32,000 bases of DNA. Source: Candidatus Arthromitus sp. SFB-rat-Yit. Lineage in GTDB: Bacteria > Bacillota > Clostridia > Clostridiales > Clostridiaceae. Of this stretch, positions 19,048-26,591 are shown in pieces (positions within the stretch are counted from its first letter, which is position 1; each line of letters starts with the position of its first letter). The notes beneath the pieces were generated by a model. That model did no database searches and was not told the origin of the DNA. It was given only the letters and a program-made list of their open reading frames with translations. The DNA is taken from assembly GCF_000283555.1 (NCBI RefSeq), contig NC_016012.1, positions 1,290,001 through 1,322,000 of the forward strand. The letters run 5' to 3'. Both the position numbers and the translations under genes were made by a program.

Positions 19048-19689
19048 ATGCTTATAGTATTATCAAGAACTATAATACTTTTCATAGTAATGTTCTTTAC
19101 AATGAAAATGATGGGAAAAAGATATATAGCTCAACTAGAACCTTATGAATTTGTAGTTTCAATAATGATTGCGGAACTTGCGACCCTTCCACTTGAAGAT
19201 ATATCAATTCCCCTTTTATATGGAATTATTTGTATTTTAACAATATTATTTATCGAATTTATATTGTCTCAAATTCAACTTAAAAGTATAAAACTCAGAA
19301 AATTATTCGGAGGTAAATCTATAATCTTGGTTAAAGATGGTAAATTTATCAAAGAAAATTTAAGAAAAGAAAAATTAACAATAAATGATGTGTTAGAAGA
19401 TCTGAGATCTAGCGGAAACTATGATTTATCAAAAATAGGTTTTGCCATGCTAGAGCGTAGTGGGAAAATTACGATAATACCTAAAAATAACGAAAATGAA
19501 AAAATATATCTTCCAACTTCTATAATAATAGATGGAGAAATCGTAAAAGATGGACTTAAATACATAAATAGAAACAATGATTGGCTTATGAAACAACTTA
19601 AAAATAATAAAATAAAATCTATTAAAGATGTACTATACGCATATACGGACTCAAACGGTACATTCAAATATCAATTAGAAACAAAATAA
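19048..19689 (+). CDS. DUF421 (YetF/YdfS-like) membrane protein
   Basis: 213 aa. It has an N-terminal TM region with MGKRYIAQLEPYEFVVSIMIAELA and a C-terminal soluble domain. GGAGG lies 8 nt upstream of the ATG. Confidence 0.75.
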   Translation: MLIVLSRTIILFIVMFFTMKMMGKRYIAQLEPYEFVVSIMIAELATLPLEDISIPLLYGIICILTILFIEFILSQIQLKSIKLRKLFGGKSIILVKDGKFIKENLRKEKLTINDVLEDLRSSGNYDLSKIGFAMLERSGKITIIPKNNENEKIYLPTSIIIDGEIVKDGLKYINRNNDWLMKQLKNNKIKSIKDVLYAYTDSNGTFKYQLETK

Positions 19690-19713
19690 TGATTTAAAAA
19701 GGAAATAATAATT

Positions 19714-20103
19714 ATGAAACTTAATCTAAAAAATATAGCTGTATATGGATCTTACGCTTTAGTTATACTCATTATAATATCTTCATTCATATATCTTAAA
19801 CAATCGACATCTCAAATAAATAAAAAACTTGATAACATAAAAACATGCATAGAAAATGATGACTGGGAATCCTCATTAGAATTATTTAATGAATTTGAAC
19901 TCACACACAAAAAAAATTTGGAGTGCTTCTCATTATTTACAAATAAAAATAATTTACATGAAGCCTTATTATCAATTAAAAATATTTATATAAATATTTT
20001 GTTGAGAGATAAATATATATGTATATCAAATATCGAAACTCTTAAATTCCACATAGAACATATCCTAGATTCCCAAACTCCAAAAATTAAAAATATATTA
20101 TAA
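19714..20103 (+). CDS. DUF4363-like small membrane-anchored protein
   Basis: 129 aa with one N-terminal TM helix followed by a helical domain containing DDWESS. The frequent pairing with DUF421 in clostridia is from recollection. Confidence 0.45.
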   Translation: MKLNLKNIAVYGSYALVILIIISSFIYLKQSTSQINKKLDNIKTCIENDDWESSLELFNEFELTHKKNLECFSLFTNKNNLHEALLSIKNIYINILLRDKYICISNIETLKFHIEHILDSQTPKIKNIL

Positions 20104-20182
20104 AAATATTAATATTTTTAAATAATATTATTTAATTTTGCCATAATATTGTTATCATAATATTTTACCTAGTAATAAAGTT

Positions 20183-20210
20183 TTGATTTTTTATATTTTG
20201 ATATTATAAT
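20183..20210 (+). promoter_or_regulatory. Candidate sigma-A promoter for fba
   Basis: TTGATT (20183-20188), then 16 nt, then TATAAT (20205-20210), about 58 nt upstream of the fba ATG. The background is AT-rich, so a chance match is possible. Confidence 0.4.
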
Positions 20211-20268
20211 AAAAAAGTGAATAATTTAATATATAAAGTTATAGTAATTTTTATTAGGGAGTGATTAT

Positions 20269-21204
20269 ATGCCATTAGTTACAACTAAGGAAATGTTTAA
20301 AAAAGCCTATGAAGGTGGTTATGCAATAGGTGCTTTCAACATAAACAATCTTGAATCTATACAAGGTATCGTTGAAGCATGTAAAAATAAAAATTCAGCT
20401 GTTATACTGCAATGTTCTACTGGAGCAATAAAATACGCTGGTATAGACTACCTTATATCACTTGTTAAAACAGCTGCAGAGGAAAGTGGTTTGGATATTG
20501 CACTTCATTTAGATCATGGTCCTGATTTTGAGACTTGTAAAAAATGTATAGATGCAGGATTTACTTCAGTTATGATAGATGGTTCTCATCATAGTTTCGA
20601 AGAAAATGTAAAACTTACTAAAGAAGTAGTTGAATATGCACACTCTAAAGGTGTATGTGTAGAAGCTGAACTTGGAGTTCTTGCTGGAGTTGAAGACGAT
20701 GTAGTTGCAGATTCTCATATATACACAAATCCAGATGAAGCTGTAGAATTTGTTAAGCAAACAAACTGTGATTCGCTTGCCATAGCTATAGGTACATCTC
20801 ATGGAGCATTTAAATTTCCTAAAGATTTCAAACCATCTCTTAAATTTGAAATTCTCGAAGAAATACAAAATAAATTACCTGGTTTCCCTATAGTATTACA
20901 TGGTGCATCTGCTGTTGATCCAGATAGCGTGCAAACTTGTAATAAATATGGTGGTAAAATAAAAGATGCTGTAGGTATACCTGTGGATATGCTTAGACGT
21001 GCATCATCAATGGCTGTTTGTAAAATAAATATGGATACTGATTTAAGACTTGCTATGACAGCAAATATAAGAAAAGTATTTGCGGATAATCCTTCTGAAT
21101 TTGACCCTAGAAAATATTTAGGCGCCGCAAAAGATGGAGTTAAGAAAGTAGTTCTATCTAAAATCGAAAATGTACTTGGATGTGAAAACTCGAGTTCAAA
21201 ATAG
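20269..21204 (+). CDS. fba: Fructose-1,6-bisphosphate aldolase, class II
   Basis: 311 aa. It has MPLVTTKEMFKKAYEGGYAIGAFNINN, HLDHG and GTSHGAFKF motifs. AGGGAG RBS. Confidence 0.95.
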   Translation: MPLVTTKEMFKKAYEGGYAIGAFNINNLESIQGIVEACKNKNSAVILQCSTGAIKYAGIDYLISLVKTAAEESGLDIALHLDHGPDFETCKKCIDAGFTSVMIDGSHHSFEENVKLTKEVVEYAHSKGVCVEAELGVLAGVEDDVVADSHIYTNPDEAVEFVKQTNCDSLAIAIGTSHGAFKFPKDFKPSLKFEILEEIQNKLPGFPIVLHGASAVDPDSVQTCNKYGGKIKDAVGIPVDMLRRASSMAVCKINMDTDLRLAMTANIRKVFADNPSEFDPRKYLGAAKDGVKKVVLSKIENVLGCENSSSK

Positions 21205-21211
21205 TTTTAAT

Positions 21212-21246
21212 AAAGAGGCGTAGAATAATATATTCTACGCCTCTTT
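21212..21246. terminator. Bidirectional terminator shared by fba (+) and thiT (-)
   Basis: A 16-bp inverted repeat AAAGAGGCGTAGAATA/TATTCTACGCCTCTTT overlaps the thiT stop codon. Confidence 0.65.
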
Positions 21247-21831
21247 ATTAAAACTTTTTATCATTCTAACTAAAGGAATATATGCCATTAATATAGATGT
21301 CAATAATACCTCAACTCCAATACTTGAAAAATTATAACCTAAAGAATATATCCAAATATTTCTCCCTTCTGGAGCAAATTCACTAAAAAATAAAACACCT
21401 GATAAAACATTAAACATAACACATAAAATACCACTAAATAAACATCCTAAAAATATTCTAATCTTATTTTTCCTTCCAAAAATATTTGAAAATCCCAAAC
21501 ACATATTCGATAATAAATAATCCAAAATAAATTGAAGTGGATTAACCATAACTACCCCATCAAGTGTTTTTAAAACCCCAAGTAAAAGTCCAGATGTAAG
21601 TCCAGCACCTCTACCATGTACAAATGTAATTATCATAACAGGAAGCATTGAAAAAAATGTAATAGATCCACCCTGAGGCATTCTTATAAATTTAAACAAA
21701 TTAAGTATATATCCAATAGCAGAGAAAATTCCTATAACAATAATTAATCTTGTATCAAATTTAATCCTTTTTAATTCAAATAAATAAATACCTAAAAATA
21801 CAATTGTCAAAATTAAAATCAAAAAATACAT
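21235..21831 (-). CDS. thiT: Thiamine transporter ThiT (ECF-type S component)
   Basis: 198 aa polytopic membrane protein sitting directly behind a TPP riboswitch. The sequence resembles ThiT (…MPQGGSITFFSMLPVMIITFVHG…). Confidence 0.8.
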   Translation of the reverse strand: MYFLILILTIVFLGIYLFELKRIKFDTRLIIVIGIFSAIGYILNLFKFIRMPQGGSITFFSMLPVMIITFVHGRGAGLTSGLLLGVLKTLDGVVMVNPLQFILDYLLSNMCLGFSNIFGRKNKIRIFLGCLFSGILCVMFNVLSGVLFFSEFAPEGRNIWIYSLGYNFSSIGVEVLLTSILMAYIPLVRMIKSFNKEA

Positions 21832-21857
21832 TTAAAGCTCCTCCTTCTCATAACAAA

Positions 21858-21890
21858 AATGGCTATGCTCAAAAACCAAGCATAGCCATT
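21858..21890 (-). terminator. Riboswitch expression-platform terminator
   Basis: On the minus strand, AATGGCTATGC-(11 nt loop)-GCATAGCCATT is followed by TTTTGTT. It lies between the TPP aptamer and the thiT RBS (AGGAGG). Confidence 0.75.
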
Positions 21891-21911
21891 TAAATACATA
21901 ATATTTAATTT

Positions 21912-22000
21912 AAAGCTTTCCTACGCTGGCATTATCCAGTTCAGGTTTAAGGGTTGACGATACAAAATATAATCATCTCTCAGCTTTAAGCACCCCTAGC
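21912..22000 (-). promoter_or_regulatory. TPP (THI-box) riboswitch aptamer
   Basis: The minus strand reads GCTAGGGGTGCTTAAAGCTGAGAGATGATT...TCGTCAACCCTTAAACCTGAACTGGATAATGCCAGCGTAGGAAAGC. This contains the conserved GGGGUGC, CUGAGA, ACCC, AACCUGA and UGGAUAAUGCCAGCGUAGG elements. Confidence 0.9.
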
Positions 22001-22021
22001 AAATATTTAATTTTGATTAAC

Positions 22022-22050
22022 ATTATATTTAAAATCAAATCCATTGTCAA
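22022..22050 (-). promoter_or_regulatory. Consensus sigma-A promoter for the TPP riboswitch and thiT
   Basis: Minus strand: TTGACA (22050-22045), exactly 17 nt, then TATAAT (22027-22022). The -35 hexamer begins one base after the fliE stop codon. Confidence 0.8.
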
Positions 22051-22338
22051 TTATATCTGTATTTTTGATAATTCCTGATAAGCCTCAACCATTTTATTTC
22101 TAATTTCAATCGCTGTCTGAAGTGTAAGTCTAGCCTCTTGCATAGCTATCATAACATTATGAACTTCATTTTCATCACCCTTTATAAAAGATACAATACT
22201 GTTATCAGCTCTCTTTTGATAATTATCCAAACTATTTATAGAGTTATTTAACATTTCTGAAAATACGTTTTGCTTATTATTACCTACATTTAAAACTTCT
22301 TTATTAAAATTATTAAATACATTAATAGCACTTATCAT
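22051..22338 (-). CDS. fliE: Flagellar hook-basal body complex protein FliE
   Basis: 95 aa. The C-terminus VHNVMIAMQEARLTLQTAIEIRNKMVEAYQELSKIQI is the conserved FliE signature. A GGAGGGA RBS is present and the start is 13 nt after the fliF stop. Confidence 0.85.
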   Translation of the reverse strand: MISAINVFNNFNKEVLNVGNNKQNVFSEMLNNSINSLDNYQKRADNSIVSFIKGDENEVHNVMIAMQEARLTLQTAIEIRNKMVEAYQELSKIQI

Positions 22339-22351
22339 ACATATCCCTCCA

Positions 22352-23881
22352 TTATCTCGTATCTTCCATCATCCAAGATTTTATAATCTCAACTACTTGA
22401 CTCGGTTTAGTTATCGCATAATTTTTAATAGCATCCTCAAGCATTTTATTTTCCGGATTTGTATCTTCTATTCCATTTTTCTTAATATTTTCATCAACAC
22501 TTTGTTGTATCATATCTTTAGCTTCTGAAATAGACTGTGGCAAATTATCATTTTTAGATAAAGATGATAACTCTTTATTTTTCTTAAACATCCTTACTAA
22601 AAACAATATAACTATTAATACCACAACTGAAACTATTATAGGAATAATACCTCTTCTCTTTGCTTGAACAGCTTCTTGTTTAAGACCATTAAATTCCATT
22701 CCAACTACAGATATCGAATCTCCTCTTTCAGCATTGAAACCAATAACTCCATTAATTAAACTCTCTATATTTTCTCTCATTTCCTGAGTTATATTTCCAT
22801 CATATACAAAAGATGCTGTAATCCTTTTTATTTCTCCTGGAGCATATATAATAGTAGATTCTTGTTTAGATAATTCATAATTTGTTGTACTTTCTTCCCT
22901 ACTTGATTTATCGGAAGAATTACCTTCTTGAACATTTGACATATTATTATCGATAGGACCTCCCCCACCATTTAAAGAAGTACCATTCTCTTCTTTTATA
23001 AGATGCTCACTTACAGGTACCTTATTATCATCTACAATTATTTCAGTTTTCTTTTTTGAATCAAAATCTAATTCTGCATTAACACGAACTCTAACTTTAT
23101 CATATCCAAGCACTGGCTCAATTATAGATAAGATCCTACTCTCAAGTTCATGCTCAAATTTCCTCTCTAAATTCATTTGATTATCTAAACTACCCGCAAA
23201 ATTAAAATCATCGCTTCCATCATATATTCCAAGAGATAATAAATTCATTCGAGAATCTACTACTTCAACATTTTCGAAAGACAAATTATTCCAAGCTGCA
23301 GATACCAAATGAATTATAGATTTAACTTGATCTCTTGAAAGAGATTCTAAAGGATTTAATTTTAAATAAACAGATGCCTTAGCTGGATCTTTATCAGTCA
23401 TAAATACACTCGTCCTAGATGGTGAAATATGAACTCTAGCATCTTTTACTTGAGAAAAACTCCTTATAGTTCTCTCAAGCTCACCTTGTACAATCCTCTG
23501 TTTTTGTATCAAAAATTCTTCATCTGTATATCCAAATCCACTACTTTTATCTAAAAGTTCAAATCCTTTACTTCCTCCTTTTAACTCCGGAGAAAAAGTG
23601 AGTCTAAGTTCATCTACTTTATTTCTTAAAACATAAATAGACTTACCTCTTATCTTAACCTCTAATCCCATATCTACTAATTGTTCATGTATATACTTGC
23701 TATCAGAAGGATCCAAATCAGAATACAAAAGTCCATACTTAGTAACATTAGAGTACACTAAGAAAAAAGAAAGGAACAAAACTAAAATTATAAATGCACT
23801 AATAATTATCTTCTTCGTTCTCGGAGAAAACTTTTGTATAAAATTTTTAACTTTTTCAAGTATTTCTTTTAATTTTCCCAT
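22352..23881 (-). CDS. fliF: Flagellar M-ring protein FliF
   Basis: 509 aa. It has an N-terminal TM helix (IIISAFIILVLFLSFFLVY), YscJ/FliF ring-building regions, a second TM helix (IIPIIVSVVVLIVILFLV) and a FliG-binding-type tail (PSQVVEIIKSWMMED). Confidence 0.9.
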   Translation of the reverse strand: MGKLKEILEKVKNFIQKFSPRTKKIIISAFIILVLFLSFFLVYSNVTKYGLLYSDLDPSDSKYIHEQLVDMGLEVKIRGKSIYVLRNKVDELRLTFSPELKGGSKGFELLDKSSGFGYTDEEFLIQKQRIVQGELERTIRSFSQVKDARVHISPSRTSVFMTDKDPAKASVYLKLNPLESLSRDQVKSIIHLVSAAWNNLSFENVEVVDSRMNLLSLGIYDGSDDFNFAGSLDNQMNLERKFEHELESRILSIIEPVLGYDKVRVRVNAELDFDSKKKTEIIVDDNKVPVSEHLIKEENGTSLNGGGGPIDNNMSNVQEGNSSDKSSREESTTNYELSKQESTIIYAPGEIKRITASFVYDGNITQEMRENIESLINGVIGFNAERGDSISVVGMEFNGLKQEAVQAKRRGIIPIIVSVVVLIVILFLVRMFKKNKELSSLSKNDNLPQSISEAKDMIQQSVDENIKKNGIEDTNPENKMLEDAIKNYAITKPSQVVEIIKSWMMEDTR

Positions 23882-23972
23882 AGCATACTCCTTTCTCTCT
23901 TATTATTACCAAACAATTTTAAAATAACCCCTTAATTATCTTAAAAATAAAGGATAATATTATATAAATATA

Positions 23973-23999
23973 AAAGTGCTGTAAATTTTACAGCACTTT
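23973..23999 (-). terminator. Terminator overlapping the feoB stop codon
   Basis: The stem AAAGTGCTGTA/TACAGCACTTT (23973-23983 pairs with 23989-23999) is followed on the minus strand by TATATTTAT. The T tract is modest. Confidence 0.6.
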
Positions 24000-26105
24000 A
24001 AAAATAATATTCAAAAATACATTTACTAAAAAACATACTCCAAACGCTATACATGTTGGAATTAAGAAAGCTAAAAATGTCCACTTATTACTTTTAGTTT
24101 CCTTTTTTATAGTCCATAAAGCAGTAGAACAAGGAAAATGTAAAAGAGAAAATAACATCATATTTATTGCTGTTATTATAGTCCATCCATTATCTCTTAA
24201 AACCATAGAAAGAGAATTTGATGTTTCAAAGTCTATCAAAGCCCCAGTAGATAAATAATTCATAAGTAGTATTGGCATAACAATTTCATTTGCAGGTATC
24301 CCTAAGAAAAATGCAGATAATATAGCTCCATCAAGCCCTATTAACTTTCCTAATGGATTCAAAAAATTTATTATATGATTTATTATACTTATATCATTTA
24401 TAAAAACATTCGCAAGTATCCATATTATAATCCCAAAAGGTGCTGCAATCATTATAGCTCTACCTAACACAAAAACAGTTCTATCAATTAATGATGTATA
24501 TAATATTGTTCTTATTTTTGGTTTTCTATACGGCGGAAGTTCTAATGTAAATGATGATGTTTCCCCTTTTAATAACGTTTTAGAAAGAATATAGGATACC
24601 AAAAAAGTAACACTAATTCCTATAAGAATAATAATAGTTACAATTAATGCAGTAATTATAGAATTAAAAAATATATTACCCGTATATGAAAAAAATATTG
24701 TAGACAACACTATCATCGTAGGAAACCTTCCGTTACATGGCACAAAATTATTTGTAATTATAGCTATTAATCTCTCTCTCTTAGACTCTATTATTCTAGT
24801 TCCAATTATGCCTGCACAATTACACCCAAATCCCATACACATGGTTAAACATTGTTTCCCATGACACCCTGATTTTTTAAACAAATAATCCATGTTAAAT
24901 GCAACTCTCGGTAAATATCCTAAATCTTCTAAAAAAGTAAACATAGGAAAGAAAATTGCCATAGGAGGAAGCATAACAGATATAACCCACCCAGTTACCC
25001 TGAAAAGACCATAAACAACCATGTCATGTATCCATGTTGAAACTCCTAAATTTATAATAAATGTAGATAATTTACTTTCTAAAAAATTAAACATATTAGA
25101 CAATAAAGAAGAAGGAATATTTGATAAACTAATTGTTATAAAGAGTACTAATCCTAAAAGAAGAAGCATTATAGGTATGCCATATTTCTTTGAAGTAACT
25201 ATATCATCAATTTTTCTATCCCGTACATGCTTATCTCTAGATTCTTTTACACACTTTTCACTTACATCTTTACACGTTTTATATACCCTCTCAATCATCT
25301 TTTCTCTATTTTCTTCTAATTTAAATGTATCAAAACTATTCTTGAAATTTTTTATATATGAAGTTTCATTTTCACTCAAATATTTATACATAAAATCAAA
25401 AAAGCTGGAATCGCTATCTATAAGTCTTAAAGCAATCCATCTTCTATTTATAAAATCTATAGAGTTGTCCATATTTTTTAAAACTTCATGAACCATATTT
25501 TCAATTTCATCATCATATTTTATATTTGAAACTTTAAATGTATATTTTCCAGATATTACCTCATCTATTTTATCTCTCAGTTTATCAAGTCCTATATTTT
25601 CTTTTGTGGATGTTACTACAATTGGAACTCCAAGTATTTTTTCCATTTTATATAAGTCTACATGTATATTCTTCTTCTTCGCTTCATCACAAAGATTTAA
25701 ACATATAATTATCCTATTATTAATTTCAAGCATTTGAAAAAATATATTTAAATTTCTCTCAAGAGAAGTCATATCACAAACTAAAACTAAAACATCATAT
25801 TTCCCAAAACATATAAATTCACGAGCAACTTCTTCCTCTTGAGAATATGAAAGTATCGAATATATGCCTGGAAGATCTATAATCCCATACTCATTTCCAT
25901 TATGATTATATTCTCCATATGCGTTTACAACAGTTTTTCCAGACCAATTTCCCGTATGTTGATGCATACCTGTTAAAGAGTTAAATATACTACTTTTACC
26001 TGTATTAGGATTTCCAACTAGACATACAATCTTTTTTAATTTATCCTCTGCATTGAAAATATCTTTCATAAATTCTCTTTTCGAAGATATATTAGTAAGT
26101 CCCAT
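23988..26105 (-). CDS. feoB: Ferrous iron transporter FeoB
   Basis: 705 aa. It has an N-terminal G-domain (GNPNTGKSSIFNSLTG, DLPG) and a polytopic gate/nucleoside-recognition membrane domain. Confidence 0.95.
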   Translation of the reverse strand: MGLTNISSKREFMKDIFNAEDKLKKIVCLVGNPNTGKSSIFNSLTGMHQHTGNWSGKTVVNAYGEYNHNGNEYGIIDLPGIYSILSYSQEEEVAREFICFGKYDVLVLVCDMTSLERNLNIFFQMLEINNRIIICLNLCDEAKKKNIHVDLYKMEKILGVPIVVTSTKENIGLDKLRDKIDEVISGKYTFKVSNIKYDDEIENMVHEVLKNMDNSIDFINRRWIALRLIDSDSSFFDFMYKYLSENETSYIKNFKNSFDTFKLEENREKMIERVYKTCKDVSEKCVKESRDKHVRDRKIDDIVTSKKYGIPIMLLLLGLVLFITISLSNIPSSLLSNMFNFLESKLSTFIINLGVSTWIHDMVVYGLFRVTGWVISVMLPPMAIFFPMFTFLEDLGYLPRVAFNMDYLFKKSGCHGKQCLTMCMGFGCNCAGIIGTRIIESKRERLIAIITNNFVPCNGRFPTMIVLSTIFFSYTGNIFFNSIITALIVTIIILIGISVTFLVSYILSKTLLKGETSSFTLELPPYRKPKIRTILYTSLIDRTVFVLGRAIMIAAPFGIIIWILANVFINDISIINHIINFLNPLGKLIGLDGAILSAFFLGIPANEIVMPILLMNYLSTGALIDFETSNSLSMVLRDNGWTIITAINMMLFSLLHFPCSTALWTIKKETKSNKWTFLAFLIPTCIAFGVCFLVNVFLNIIFKVL

Positions 26106-26113
26106 AAACCCCC

Positions 26114-26341
26114 CTAAACTTTTATTCCATAAATAAATTTCGATTCCTCAGATCTAAGAGCAATCATTATACCTCTAACACCAAATAATATAAGTTCTTT
26201 TTTAAATCCAAACCTTATTACCTCTATTACAGTTCCTTTTGTAAAACCCATAGAAAGTATTCTCTCTTTTTGATATTTTAAAAGATCAATGTGTTTTATT
26301 TCTATGAGATCTCCTACATTAAATTCACAAATACTCTTCAT
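26114..26341 (-). CDS. feoA: FeoA
   Basis: 75 aa SH3-like FeoA (…LSMGFTKGTVIEVIR…IALRSEESKFI…). Its stop is 8 nt upstream of the feoB start. Confidence 0.9.
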   Translation of the reverse strand: MKSICEFNVGDLIEIKHIDLLKYQKERILSMGFTKGTVIEVIRFGFKKELILFGVRGIMIALRSEESKFIYGIKV

Positions 26342-26591
26342 ATATTAGTGCTCCTCATAAATTAAATTTTAACTATAGCTAATCTTTCTAAAATTATATG
26401 TGTTTTTTAAAAAAATAGTTCTAACTACATATAAATATGCACCATGATATTTCTAGACAATATTTAAAAATTTATCGTTAAAAATCATTATAATTCTTAG
26501 TCAAATATTAAAATTTAACTATTTTTTTCGATAATTAATGTGTGTATTTAAATTTTGAAATTAAAAATCTTATATGTTTTTGGAGGTAGCT

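Noticed and set aside
20104-20140. An AT-only palindrome (AAAAATATTAATATTTTT) after the DUF4363-like gene as a terminator.
   Set aside because: The stem has no G:C pairs and essentially no loop, so I cannot support it as a functional intrinsic terminator.
25021-25491. A 156-aa + strand ORF antisense to feoB, plus similar antisense or off-frame ORFs in the track. These are 504-731, 5889-6113, 7420-7743, 8161-8379, 10077-10352, 11259-11468, 12672-12854, 14630-14854, 15452-15637, 16235-16441, 18082-18279, 19419-19667, 20566-20868, 23697-23927, 26570-26851 and 31691-31978.
   Set aside because: Each lies entirely inside a well-supported gene on the other strand or in another frame. None has an RBS. 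All translate to the Ile/Phe/Leu/Lys-rich strings expected from AT-rich antisense sequence.
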